DNA of 64,000 nt from a virus: positions 1 to 64,000 of the IMG/VR virus record IMGVR_UViG_3300036826_000357; one strand, 5' to 3'. Positions 19,587 to 28,130 of the stretch are shown here, in pieces (within the stretch, counting starts at the first letter, position 1; each line of letters opens with the position of its first letter). The notes under the pieces are model-generated. The model saw nothing but the letters and a program-made list of their open reading frames with translations, made no database searches and was not told the origin of the DNA. Made by a program: the position numbers and the translations under genes.

Positions 19587-20106
19587 GGCTCAAACCCTTC
19601 GGCATCTGCTTCCAGCGGAAATGTATCAGCCGCTGAAATACGATGAGTCGCGGATTCGCCTTCACAGCGGACTGGAGCCGGGCCAAACGAAAGCATTCGA
19701 TAATGGCCTTCGCCTGGTCCTCGGTGTAGAGCCTCCACTTCGCTGCTGTATGGTACGTTGGCTTCGGGAGAATCCCCTTCGCCTCCCACAGACAGAGCGT
19801 TTTTGTGGTTCGCCCCAGTGCAGCGGCTACTTCATTGATAAGGTACACGCGCACAGTCCGCACGACGCCCGTTGCATCATCATAAATCCCGAGCATGCGT
19901 GGCTGTCCCGGTTTCAAACGGATTATTGCAGCTTGCTCCTGCTTCCGTTCATTGTACCAGCGCATCGCACGTCGTTTGACAGCATTACGATACTCCGGAT
20001 CATTCGCGTATTTTTCCTTCCGATACTGGAGGAGATACGGCCGATTGTTCTGGTAATACTGCTTCTGATACCGCTGCTGGTCGGTAAGCTGCGTGGCAAT
20101 CTCCAT
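19534..20106 (-). CDS. MerR-family HTH DNA-binding protein
   Basis: INEVAAALGRTTKTLCLWEAKGILPKP...RLYTEDQ. Confidence 0.75.
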   Translation of the reverse strand: MEIATQLTDQQRYQKQYYQNNRPYLLQYRKEKYANDPEYRNAVKRRAMRWYNERKQEQAAIIRLKPGQPRMLGIYDDATGVVRTVRVYLINEVAAALGRTTKTLCLWEAKGILPKPTYHTAAKWRLYTEDQAKAIIECFRLARLQSAVKANPRLIVFQRLIHFRWKQMPKGLSHESPGAEAAESAGSGQE

Positions 20107-20211
20107 CTAGTTCTCCCTGTATTAGCCCTCCCTTCAGCATCACTTTTCATGTCTCAACCCTTGCACGAGACTCTATCAACACGATCCCAATGGGCTTGTA
20201 GTGGTTTGGAC

Positions 20212-20400
20212 TCAACAATCATTCCGTTGCAGCCATCGCTGCCGACATTCCACACAGTCCAAATGACTGTGCACCAGATCATATAACGGACACTTCTCCG
20301 AGCCAATACAGCGAAATGCCTGAAATTGCGAGACTTGCGCCGGCCCCCGACACTTCGGACACGGCTGATCGAGGATGCTGAATCCCAACTGCTCCATCAC
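20212..20400 (-). CDS. Small Zn-finger protein
   Basis: CPKC...C...C...H.DCVEC. Confidence 0.55.
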   Translation of the reverse strand: MMEQLGFSILDQPCPKCRGPAQVSQFQAFRCIGSEKCPLYDLVHSHLDCVECRQRWLQRNDC

Positions 20401-21146
20401 TCGTCATCGGGCCACGGGGCATCATCCGGCGGGGGCTCCGGCTGCTCCGATCCATTCACCGGCTCCGGCTGCGGAGGAGGAGGAGCGACCGATCCGCGCG
20501 ACATCCGCCGGACCAGGCGATGCATGTCTCCCTGCGGTAAGGGCGCGAGGACGGTCTTGTAGTCGTACGCCTTCAGGTAGTCGGCCGGCTTCATGTCGCG
20601 GAGAAACGCTAGATACTCCTTGGCACCGGCTGGACTACCAAATTTCGCCAGGATGTCGACCTTCTCCTCGAAGTCAAACTGCGAGCCGGTCGAGAGATCC
20701 TTATCGGTCCCGCGCGTTATCTCGTAGATCGCGCCGGTCAATCCATCACGTTTGATCGCCTGCGACCCCAGGATTGGCATCGCCTTCTTCCGAATGGGAA
20801 ACAATTCCCGGCCGAACCGATGCTTGACTCCCTTCCCATCTGTCCACTCCCGCAGATTCCCAATCGTGATGTAGGAGACAAACTCGGGATCGCTCCCATA
20901 GTCGCAGAACGCGCAGTCATACCCAAACTCGGTCGAGCAGGTAAACCAGTTCCGCCAACTGCCATCCAGGTAAAAGTGATGCTCATTGACACCGAAGGGC
21001 GCGATTACCCAATCGGTATCGAGAATGACGAGTCGCCCACTCGTACCGGGTCTGAGCCAGAAGCGGCGAATCATGCGGCGCTTATGCCCGCTCTTCGCTG
21101 CCGCTTCCTGATTCGCTGACCAACCTGACTTGTACCAGCCCATCAC
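20397..21146 (-). CDS. gp32-like phage ssDNA-binding protein
   Basis: RRFWLRPG...EHHF...WFTC...CAFC; acidic DDAPWPDDE tail. Confidence 0.7.
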   Translation of the reverse strand: MMGWYKSGWSANQEAAAKSGHKRRMIRRFWLRPGTSGRLVILDTDWVIAPFGVNEHHFYLDGSWRNWFTCSTEFGYDCAFCDYGSDPEFVSYITIGNLREWTDGKGVKHRFGRELFPIRKKAMPILGSQAIKRDGLTGAIYEITRGTDKDLSTGSQFDFEEKVDILAKFGSPAGAKEYLAFLRDMKPADYLKAYDYKTVLAPLPQGDMHRLVRRMSRGSVAPPPPQPEPVNGSEQPEPPPDDAPWPDDE

Positions 21147-21155
21147 CGCCTCTTT

Positions 21156-21605
21156 TCAGGCGACCGCTGGCTTTTGCTCCGTCGTCTCCGCGAGTGTCTT
21201 TTTCCGGTCGCCGATCTTCAGCGTTGTATCGCGTTTCGTGTGCTCTTGACAGTGCCGATCGTACAACGTCTTCGTCAGCACCGCTTTGGCACGGCCGAGT
21301 GGCACTTCGGCAATGGAAAAGAACACTGCCGAATCGCACGCCTCGTCCTTGTAGAGCGCTTCCGCATCAATGGCATGGAAATGCTCATGTTCAAGGATCG
21401 CGGTATGCTTCTCGCCGAGCACCAGGACATCGGCTCCCTTCTCGGCAAAGAGCAACGGCTCCAACTGCGCTCGCGCCTCGTCGTAGGCTTTCTTCGCGGT
21501 AGACGCCGCAATGCGCAGTGCGCCAGCCCGATCAATCAGGGTGGCAAGCAGCTTGTCGGTGTTTACTCTGGCACGCTTCTTCGATGGTGTATCCTTCCGG
21601 CTCAT
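21156..21605 (-). CDS. Hypothetical protein
   Basis: GGGAGGT RBS before ATG 21605. Confidence 0.6.
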   Translation of the reverse strand: MSRKDTPSKKRARVNTDKLLATLIDRAGALRIAASTAKKAYDEARAQLEPLLFAEKGADVLVLGEKHTAILEHEHFHAIDAEALYKDEACDSAVFFSIAEVPLGRAKAVLTKTLYDRHCQEHTKRDTTLKIGDRKKTLAETTEQKPAVA

Positions 21606-22075
21606 GTTACCTCCCAGCACTCCAACGGCACGCCCCAGCGTTTGCCGATTCCGGCATCGTACCAATGCCCCGCATCGCGTGCCGTCTGGAACGATGTGCG
21701 GTAGACCCGATTCGCTACTCGGTCGACCATTTCGAGGTACTGAATGTGACGACCCAACGGGCCGCACAACTGCTCCCACAGATCGGCTTGGAAGGTAACC
21801 AGCCGCTCCTTCCAGTAGATGAAATCCTCGGCTTCGCCGCCCCCCTGATAGAGATGAGCACTCGAATCGATGTACCCACATTGCGCCATATGTCGGCTCC
21901 TTGGCTTCCGCGCCTGCACTGGTATCGTGTACCGATGGTCGAGCACCGTGCCGGCTCGTTGTGCGCCCGGGACAGGAACACGGATCGGCGGGATCGGTGC
22001 AGCCGGCGGGATCGGTGCCGGCAGCATCCCCGGGAACACGCCCTGCTCATCGTCGCGCTTCATAAATTTGACCAC
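21602..22075 (-). CDS. Hypothetical protein
   Basis: Coupled to next gene; start overlaps 20-bp palindrome. Confidence 0.6.
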   Translation of the reverse strand: MVKFMKRDDEQGVFPGMLPAPIPPAAPIPPIRVPVPGAQRAGTVLDHRYTIPVQARKPRSRHMAQCGYIDSSAHLYQGGGEAEDFIYWKERLVTFQADLWEQLCGPLGRHIQYLEMVDRVANRVYRTSFQTARDAGHWYDAGIGKRWGVPLECWEVT

Positions 22076-22085
22076 GTGGTCAAAT
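22066..22085. promoter_or_regulatory. Perfect 20-bp palindrome ATTTGACCACGTGGTCAAAT
   Basis: Identical core at 38302 and 48160. Confidence 0.8.
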
Positions 22086-22180
22086 CAGCCATGACGGCTC
22101 AGACTCCCTTTCCTGATCGGCAGACGGCAAAGCCCCCGACCAGGAATCCAAGGGTTAGGAGTCAAAACCGTCATGGCTGA
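22085..22180 (-). other. Long imperfect hairpin (about 96 nt)
   Basis: TCAGCCATGACGG/CCGTCATGGCTGA, GACTCC/GGAGTC and TTCCTGGTCGG/CCGATCAGGAA nested stems. Confidence 0.6.
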
Positions 22181-22185
22181 CTCGA

Positions 22186-22228
22186 CCAAAGAAGAAGGCC
22201 CCCACGGGGGATCCATGGGAGCCTTCTC
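22186..22228 (-). terminator. Intrinsic terminator
   Basis: GAAGGCTCCCATGG...CCGTGGGGGCCTTC then TTCTTT. Confidence 0.7.
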
Positions 22229-22337
22229 CGGGTGCGCCCGGTCTCGCGCGAACACTGGACGCGGTTTACCTGTAGGACAGGATCGGCCATCTGAGAGGGG
22301 GATCTCATTGGCAGACAGCCAGCACCACCCCACATCA
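22186..22337 (-). ncRNA. Putative small regulatory (c4/CI-like antisense) RNA
   Basis: Promoter TTGACA-17-TATACC upstream, several internal hairpins, intrinsic terminator, complementarity to 23610-23636. Confidence 0.6.
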
Positions 22338-22343
22338 CCGCTG

Positions 22344-22372
22344 GGTATAGCCGGTCATTCCCTCTTTGTCAA
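22344..22372 (-). promoter_or_regulatory. Sigma70-like promoter
   Basis: TTGACA-17-TATACC. Confidence 0.7.
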
Positions 22373-22375
22373 CGG

Positions 22376-23218
22376 TTAGATGCGGGGCGTCATTGGCTCG
22401 AAGTCGAACTTCTCGCCGCTCCGGCAGGGCCAGAAGACGTGCTCGAACAGATCCTTCGAGACGGTGTAAACCTCGTCGTAGTCGTCGCCGGGATTGATCT
22501 TCGTGTAGCAGGCAGCGACGCGCTGCGGCAGTCCGTCGTGCAGATTCAGATCGATCATGGTCGAGCAGACATCGCACGCCACCCACGCGCCCTTCGGCAT
22601 GAACGGCCGGCGCGACTTCGACGCAGCCGGCGTGTACGGCTCCGTCTGATTCACCGGATACCGCCACCGTGGTGCCGTGCTGTGACAGAAGTCACAGGAT
22701 GGACCGGACGGACGGACTTGACCGACCACTCTGGCGCTGCCACCGGCCGCTTCCACTTCGGCAACCATGCCGGCGCACTCCGAGCCATGTACCAGCCGAA
22801 GCTCGATCTGAAACGGCGCGAGATTCGTGTCGGGTACGGCGACTTCGTAGCGTCCCTGATCGTCATCGAGGAGCGAGACCGTCACTTTCCCGCGTGTCAC
22901 CGCCAGTGCCAGTGCGGTCACGAAATGACCGGTTGCCTTCGCTTCCTTCCGACCTTCGGCAGCAGGAAGATGCTCCGATGCCTGGAGCAGAACGGAACTG
23001 ACGGCAAGTAGTTGCACGACGAACTTGCAGACATCCATGTCGAGCTTGTCGACTTCCACCCGCAAGGCATCCATATCGATGGTTCCCGGGGGCCGGATGG
23101 TGGCAAAGAGCCAGGCCCGCCAGAAATTGAAGTTCTCCGGCGAGCATTGTGCGATCTTGAATACGAGTCCCTGATTCTCATCTGAGACTATCTCAGCAGC
23201 CACTACTTCTTCAGCCAT
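22376..23218 (-). CDS. Hypothetical protein with C-terminal Zn-finger
   Basis: CDFC...WRYP...WVACDVC. Confidence 0.7.
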   Translation of the reverse strand: MAEEVVAAEIVSDENQGLVFKIAQCSPENFNFWRAWLFATIRPPGTIDMDALRVEVDKLDMDVCKFVVQLLAVSSVLLQASEHLPAAEGRKEAKATGHFVTALALAVTRGKVTVSLLDDDQGRYEVAVPDTNLAPFQIELRLVHGSECAGMVAEVEAAGGSARVVGQVRPSGPSCDFCHSTAPRWRYPVNQTEPYTPAASKSRRPFMPKGAWVACDVCSTMIDLNLHDGLPQRVAACYTKINPGDDYDEVYTVSKDLFEHVFWPCRSGEKFDFEPMTPRI

Positions 23219-23258
23219 AAATCATACGATTCCTCGACTTTCTTTTGGGTTAGGAGAA

Positions 23259-23341
23259 GGGGCCGGGAGCACCGCCGCGCACTGTGGTGACGCCAGATCG
23301 TCGGCGGCAAGTGGACTGGCGGATACTTACGCTCCCGGCCC
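23259..23341 (-). ncRNA. Putative structured RNA / 5' leader
   Basis: Begins at predicted TSS; GGGCCGGGAGC pairs with GCTCCCGGCCC; inner CGCCAG/CTGGCG stem. Confidence 0.45.
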
Positions 23342-23536
23342 GGAGGTAGGATAGCGACGCGGTGATTCTTTGTCAAGCCTGGTGTGGTTGAACGGAGCCC
23401 GTACCCGGAGCCAGCGCTCCAGCCGGCGCGGCTCGCGCGTCTCGGCATGGGCAGCGACGCGGACCCGGCGGGCGATGTACTTCAGCCCAGCCGGCGTACC
23501 GAGCCAGGCACGAAACTGCTGCACGATCGGCTCCAT
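23327..23536 (-). CDS. Small basic hypothetical protein
   Basis: Downstream of TTGACA at 23568-23573. Confidence 0.4.
   Translation of the reverse strand: MEPIVQQFRAWLGTPAGLKYIARRVRVAAHAETREPRRLERWLRVRAPFNHTRLDKESPRRYPTSGPGA
23348..23376 (-). promoter_or_regulatory. Sigma70-like promoter
   Basis: TTGACA-17-TATCCT. Confidence 0.7.
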
Positions 23537-23582
23537 GATGGAGCTAATCAGCGCCTGGATAGCCCTTTGTCAAGGTCCGCGC

Positions 23583-23636
23583 AAAAGAAAAAGCCCGGTC
23601 CGGCTGGAAGTTCGCACCTTCCAGCGAGACCGGGCG
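23583..23636 (-). terminator. Intrinsic terminator with GTGCGAA loop (putative antisense target)
   Basis: GCCCGGTCTCGCTGGAAG-gtgcgaa-CTTCCAGCCGGACCGGGC then TTTTTCTTTT. Confidence 0.75.
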
Positions 23637-23668
23637 GGTAGGGGGACCACGTGGCCGAGTGGGGCCGT

Positions 23669-23905
23669 CTACGACGGTTCAAGCCTGACGCGACCAGGAT
23701 CGGCTGTCAAGCGCGCATGTTTCACGCCGGGCTCTTTCAACTCCGGCACACCGTCCCGGGCGATCTTCTCGCGTAACGCATCAATGATAAACTGCTGGAT
23801 GGTCGTCTCGTTTTCTGCCGCCATCACCCGCACCTGTTGATAGAGCACCCGGGGAATGTGCGCACTGGTGGGTTGCGTCGGGCCATTACGCCGCTGTCTC
23901 ACCAT
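23669..23905 (-). CDS. Ribbon-helix-helix DNA-binding protein
   Basis: TSAHIPRVLYQQVRVMAAENETTIQQFIIDALREK. Confidence 0.65.
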   Translation of the reverse strand: MVRQRRNGPTQPTSAHIPRVLYQQVRVMAAENETTIQQFIIDALREKIARDGVPELKEPGVKHARLTADPGRVRLEPS

Positions 23906-24443
23906 TGCGCTTCTCCAGCATCCGTTCGAGCACTTCGCGCAGACCACGATTGGGAATCGCAGACACCGATGCCCGGACTTCCTCCGTGGTCGGAGCCGGC
24001 TTCTCCTCGATCACCACAGGCGTACTCTTCTGCTTCCGGCGCTGCACACTGAACTCCGCTGCAATCCGGTCCCGGATCGCATGGAAGCTGCGCAGGGTCG
24101 GAATCGGCGGCAACCACTCCATCCCGCGTGTGGCCCGGAGATACTTCCAATGCCGGATGCCGAAGTCGAGCAGCTTGAGCACATCGGCCACCGGCACACG
24201 CGTCACCATCAAGCCGATCAAGCCGTAGTCCGCAGTAGACCACGGCAACACCATCGTGCCCGGGTAGACGTCTTCGAGCAGTTGCCGCCACTGAATCTCG
24301 ACGGCGCGGAGTGTACGCGGCTGCTCGACGGCGCAGAGCGCGCGACGCGCAGCCACCTTCGCCGCTAAATCGACTGCCTCGAATGGCGTCTTCATCGCGC
24401 CATTCCCATCGACGGTGATCGTTTGTGCAATGTGCCGATCCAT
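23886..24443 (-). CDS. Hypothetical protein (possibly replication-associated)
   Basis: Open frame with phage-like composition; start uncertain. Confidence 0.55.
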   Translation of the reverse strand: MDRHIAQTITVDGNGAMKTPFEAVDLAAKVAARRALCAVEQPRTLRAVEIQWRQLLEDVYPGTMVLPWSTADYGLIGLMVTRVPVADVLKLLDFGIRHWKYLRATRGMEWLPPIPTLRSFHAIRDRIAAEFSVQRRKQKSTPVVIEEKPAPTTEEVRASVSAIPNRGLREVLERMLEKRNGETAA

Positions 24444-24456
24444 GCCAATCGCCAGT

Positions 24457-24810
24457 TCATCGTGTACTCCTATCCTGACACCAGTTTTGATGCAGGACAA
24501 GCCACTCTTGATGCAGGACAAGCCACTCCGCCATCGGGACGAAGCAAGGCCCGTCGCCGTCCACCCAGCGAAACCACCCCCCGGTTTGGACTGCAAGCCA
24601 CCGAAGGGATTCACTGACGGCATCCGACCCAAGCGTACTCCATAACCCATGCTCCCAACCGTCTTGCCATGTAGCGCACCATTGCTCCTCTGACAGCGCA
24701 GACATGACGAAGAGCAGCAAGAACCGAGCCGGATCTAAGCCTTGCAGCCGGCTGTCGTCGCTGGAAAACGCCATCTGATTCAGCGTGAGGACCTGCGCGA
24801 TCACGATCAA
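24457..24810 (-). CDS. Hypothetical Trp-rich protein
   Basis: MSALSEEQWCATWQDGWEHGLW...GGWFRW. Confidence 0.6.
   Translation of the reverse strand: MIVIAQVLTLNQMAFSSDDSRLQGLDPARFLLLFVMSALSEEQWCATWQDGWEHGLWSTLGSDAVSESLRWLAVQTGGWFRWVDGDGPCFVPMAEWLVLHQEWLVLHQNWCQDRSTR
24487..24528. repeat. Tandem 21-bp duplication
   Basis: TTGATGCAGGACAAGCCACTC x2 (EWLVLHQ x2). Confidence 0.85.
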
Positions 24811-24834
24811 CCGGGCGTCATCGCTATCCTCCGA

Positions 24835-25308
24835 TCATTCAAAACGCTGACCGTGATACAGGGGGAGACCCCCCTGACAGCATGTGCATTGGAGTGTCCC
24901 CGATATGAATGCCGTTTTCCCTCCATCCGGAAGATTGGTGATATTCAGACCGATGGGTCCGGTACACACACCATCCATGTGTATCACTTCCGGAAGACCG
25001 GGAGCAGATTCGCCATGCAGTGTATACCCGGAACAACTTCCCTCCATCGCCCAATACGCATCGATGATGCTCTTGCGCACAGAGATGTCGTCTGGGTGTT
25101 CGAGCCGAGTGACCAGGAACGGAGTCGGACAGGTCGTAAACGTTGTGTACGGTCCCGGGCTCGTGGTTGTCGTGGTATCCGCCGCCGCGCAATCCGCATT
25201 CTTTAGTTGCTTCTCCAGTCGAGCACAGCGACGCGCGGAGAAGGCATCCGATGCGAAGGTCGGAGTTACGAAGAGAATCAGAACACAAATCCGAATTAGG
25301 TGCTTCAT
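24835..25308 (-). CDS. Secreted Cys-rich protein
   Basis: AAAGGAGG RBS; signal peptide MKHLIRICVLILFVTPTFA; Thr linker. Confidence 0.7.
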   Translation of the reverse strand: MKHLIRICVLILFVTPTFASDAFSARRCARLEKQLKNADCAAADTTTTTSPGPYTTFTTCPTPFLVTRLEHPDDISVRKSIIDAYWAMEGSCSGYTLHGESAPGLPEVIHMDGVCTGPIGLNITNLPDGGKTAFISGTLQCTCCQGGLPLYHGQRFE

Positions 25309-25317
25309 TTTCCTCCT

Positions 25318-26043
25318 TTACTGCCGATAGCGACCGGGTATCCAAGGACACAAATCATCCCCACGCGCGTTCGTACAACTCTTTTCAGCGTCCCAGGCCA
25401 GGAAATCCCACGCGATAAAACACCCCGTTGAGACATCCGTGACCATGAAGGAGTTATGGATATACCGTGGGCCACCTGGATAATCGTTGATGTACGCGAG
25501 CGTGTAGTACATGTATACATTCGGCATCGTGTACGGATCAGGTCTGATCTGGGCATACCAGTTCCAGATCACGTAATGGAACTTCTGCGGAGGGTTTCCA
25601 AATTCCTCATCCGCTTCGTCGTAGTCGACGTACGAGTATGGCACAGGACTCGCCGTCGCTCCGATATCGGGATAGTCCGCAGACTTGGACCATCCCCACG
25701 GCGTCGCCGGAATCAAGAACAGCACCGGCAGGTTCACGCGGAGAGGGCCTCCCTCATACGCTCGCTTGGCAGCGTGCGCGACCGGATTCCCGTCCTTATC
25801 CAGGTACCACGCCGGCCACGTAAAGGATATCTCCATCCCGTCCATGACTCCCGGATTCGCCAGAAAGCGTAAGTTCCCCGGAAGGGATTCCGAACAGTAC
25901 GTTCGAGTCGGATCGCCCCCGCCTGTGCGAATACCTTCGTTCTCTGCCCAGAACAAAGGTGGGATCACAGGACATCCAGGCACGACATTTGCCATGAGAA
26001 ACAGCGGAGAGGTTAACACGATATACCGTAAATACCGCTTCAT
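25318..26043 (-). CDS. Secreted/lipoprotein-like protein
   Basis: MKRYLRYIVLTSPLFLMANVVPG-C. Confidence 0.65.
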   Translation of the reverse strand: MKRYLRYIVLTSPLFLMANVVPGCPVIPPLFWAENEGIRTGGGDPTRTYCSESLPGNLRFLANPGVMDGMEISFTWPAWYLDKDGNPVAHAAKRAYEGGPLRVNLPVLFLIPATPWGWSKSADYPDIGATASPVPYSYVDYDEADEEFGNPPQKFHYVIWNWYAQIRPDPYTMPNVYMYYTLAYINDYPGGPRYIHNSFMVTDVSTGCFIAWDFLAWDAEKSCTNARGDDLCPWIPGRYRQ

Positions 26044-26122
26044 GGACTGAACCTGCTTCTCGTCCCGGATGCGGCCCCCCACATCCTGAGACGTGTTGGA
26101 GTATCTCCCCGGATACTGCTTC

Positions 26123-26344
26123 TTATGGTCTATTCATCAGTACCAAGTTCACCGTCAGGACCAGTTGCACTAAATCGCCGAGTAATTCCTGTTCCTCCTC
26201 CCGGCTCACAGACGCCAGTTCGTGTGCCACCGCGCGATGCAGGGAATCGTCGGCTGCGTCGGAGTCACCAACCTGGTGCCGTGCCCCAACTCGCGCGATG
26301 AACTCGTAGACCGTCATGCAGCGCGCGTTGCCTTCATTCACCAT
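26123..26344 (-). CDS. Hypothetical protein
   Basis: TGATG coupling. Confidence 0.5.
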   Translation of the reverse strand: MVNEGNARCMTVYEFIARVGARHQVGDSDAADDSLHRAVAHELASVSREEEQELLGDLVQLVLTVNLVLMNRP

Positions 26345-26775
26345 CAGTCGTACCCGAGAATCGCATTTAATGCGGCCACCGCTTCCGCCGCCTTCCAGCC
26401 ACAGTCGAGCTTGTGCTTCACAGCGACGAGTTGGGCGATGTCACACGCCTTCTCGTAGGTGTCGTTCTCCATGGCAATCTCGCTTCCAGCCACGAGCGCG
26501 TCCTGCATGTCGCACACGTCCCATCGCCAGGAGCCTTCCACGGGTCGGCCGACCTTCACGGCATGATCGCGCATCCGCGCCCATTCGAGAATCTCGTACC
26601 GGGTCCGTTCGAGCACGTTCCGCTCAAGCTCCCGGTAGACAACGGTCTCCCGCCAGATCCGATCGATCGTCAGGAACAACGACCGTTCGAGCCAGGAACA
26701 CTCATCCCACCAGCGCAGCCGCGCTTCCGCTAACTGCGTATCGGTCAATTCCCGGGGCGGATCGTGAGTGTCCAT
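26344..26775 (-). CDS. Hypothetical protein
   Basis: TGATG coupling (MDTHDPP...). Confidence 0.6.
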   Translation of the reverse strand: MDTHDPPRELTDTQLAEARLRWWDECSWLERSLFLTIDRIWRETVVYRELERNVLERTRYEILEWARMRDHAVKVGRPVEGSWRWDVCDMQDALVAGSEIAMENDTYEKACDIAQLVAVKHKLDCGWKAAEAVAALNAILGYD

Positions 26776-27059
26776 CAGACTTCGTAGCCATGGAGCCGGC
26801 AATACGCACGCCAGACTTCCTGCTGCTCCACGGTGGACGGGGCCTCGAACTGCTGCTCACACGCGTTGTACCCGGCAACGAACCAGGGATGCCACCACCC
26901 ACAGGGATAGAAGCCGGGATCGGCTGCCTGCGCGTAGGATTCCCCGAGCGCCCGGATGAGATACGGCTCGACGTGACTCACATACGGCGGTTCCCACTCA
27001 CCCATCGACTCGTCCGGCATCGAGTCGCATAGCTCCGGCGGTGTCCATTCAGGACTCAT
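26775..27059 (-). CDS. Hypothetical protein with DPGFYPCGWWHPWFVAG motif
   Basis: Motif shared with 27123-27338. Confidence 0.65.
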   Translation of the reverse strand: MSPEWTPPELCDSMPDESMGEWEPPYVSHVEPYLIRALGESYAQAADPGFYPCGWWHPWFVAGYNACEQQFEAPSTVEQQEVWRAYCRLHGYEV

Positions 27060-27083
27060 CGGTTCCCTTCCTCTTTGTCAACT

Positions 27084-27101
27084 TTTGACCACGGGGTCAA
27101 C
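27084..27101. promoter_or_regulatory. Degenerate copy of 18-bp palindrome next to TTGACA
   Basis: TTTGACCACGGGGTCAAC (2 mismatches). Confidence 0.55.
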
Positions 27102-27122
27102 TGCCCACCCTGACGCAAAGCG

Positions 27123-27338
27123 TTACAGTTCATGGACCAACTCCTCCACCCTCTCCCAAGCAGTTGCCCAGCCGGCCACGAACCACGGATGCCACCAGCC
27201 GCACGGATAAAAACCGGGATCGTCGGCTATCCAATCGACTGTCCACCCAAATCTGTCTCCGGACTCCGGGTCTTCTACCGTAAAAGCCTCCGGGTCCGGT
27301 CTGTTCCGTTCCGGCTCCGGATGGTCCTTCGCTCTCAT
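27123..27338 (-). CDS. Hypothetical protein with DPGFYPCGWWHPWFVAG motif
   Basis: Motif shared with 26775-27059. Confidence 0.65.
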   Translation of the reverse strand: MRAKDHPEPERNRPDPEAFTVEDPESGDRFGWTVDWIADDPGFYPCGWWHPWFVAGWATAWERVEELVHEL

Positions 27339-27413
27339 TTCCGGTCTCCCTCACATGGATATTAAGATCTTCTCCTCGGACGGAAGGGATCCGGAACGGA
27401 TCCCGGAGTCCAC

Positions 27414-28130
27414 TTAGTATGACATGGCAGAATTGCCATGTGTAGGCTTCGGCTTCGTTGTCAAGCCAGGAACTCGGTACGCTTCCCACGCTGGTTGGTC
27501 AGGATGAGCCGCCTGCCAGGCTTTGATGGCGTCCCGATAGGCCGGATCGGTTTCCTCCGGCGGCGGCTCTGGAGGCGGGATGTACTTCGGGACAGTCGGT
27601 TTCCGCCGGCCCATGAAACATTGCCCGAGCTTTTCCTGCACGAACTGCTCGAACTTTTTCACACGATCCCGCACACGAACGAAGCGCTCTTTGTTTCGCA
27701 TGGCGTAATGCACACCCAAGAGCTTCGTGAGCAGCAGCGGATTCAGCCGTATCTCCGAGCATCGGTGGAAGCGTCGTTTCACTTCAAAGATGCCGGCGGC
27801 AACAAACTCGGCAACTCCACGACATACCCAGCTTTCGCTTCTGCTCAGTTTCTCCGCCATGGTTTGCCGGCGCATCCGGAACGCTCGATGCTTAAATCCG
27901 CCGTCAGAAAACGTATGCGCGACGACCAAGTTGAAGATCGTCATGAAGCGACCGATTCTCCCACGCATCAGTTCCGGATTCAGTGTCACCCCGTAGCAGT
28001 TGGAGCCACAGAGATTCTCCACATCCGATCCGAGACTGCCATCTGGGACGGCGAAGGCTTCAGCCAGAACTGGCTGAAGGGCATCCGCTACGTCGACCAG
28101 GGTTTCCTGCCATCCACTCCACTTCCCCAT
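27414..28130 (-). CDS. Putative replication initiator (winged HTH)
   Basis: GAGGAGG RBS; RQTMAEKLSRSESWVCRGVAEFVAAGIFEVKRR resembles phage/plasmid initiator HTH. Confidence 0.55.
   Translation of the reverse strand: MGKWSGWQETLVDVADALQPVLAEAFAVPDGSLGSDVENLCGSNCYGVTLNPELMRGRIGRFMTIFNLVVAHTFSDGGFKHRAFRMRRQTMAEKLSRSESWVCRGVAEFVAAGIFEVKRRFHRCSEIRLNPLLLTKLLGVHYAMRNKERFVRVRDRVKKFEQFVQEKLGQCFMGRRKPTVPKYIPPPEPPPEETDPAYRDAIKAWQAAHPDQPAWEAYRVPGLTTKPKPTHGNSAMSY

Noticed and set aside
23284-23320. Pairing of the sRNA 5' end (GUGGUG-CUGGC) with CACCAC and GCCAG in the second RNA
   Set aside because: Only 6+5 nt in GC-rich sequence; could be chance
23645-23656. GACCACGTGGCC as another palindrome copy
   Set aside because: Only the core matches; the TTT/AAA arms are missing
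26870-27225. DGR template/variable repeat pair
   Set aside because: Differences are synonymous rather than adenine-specific; no reverse transcriptase in the window
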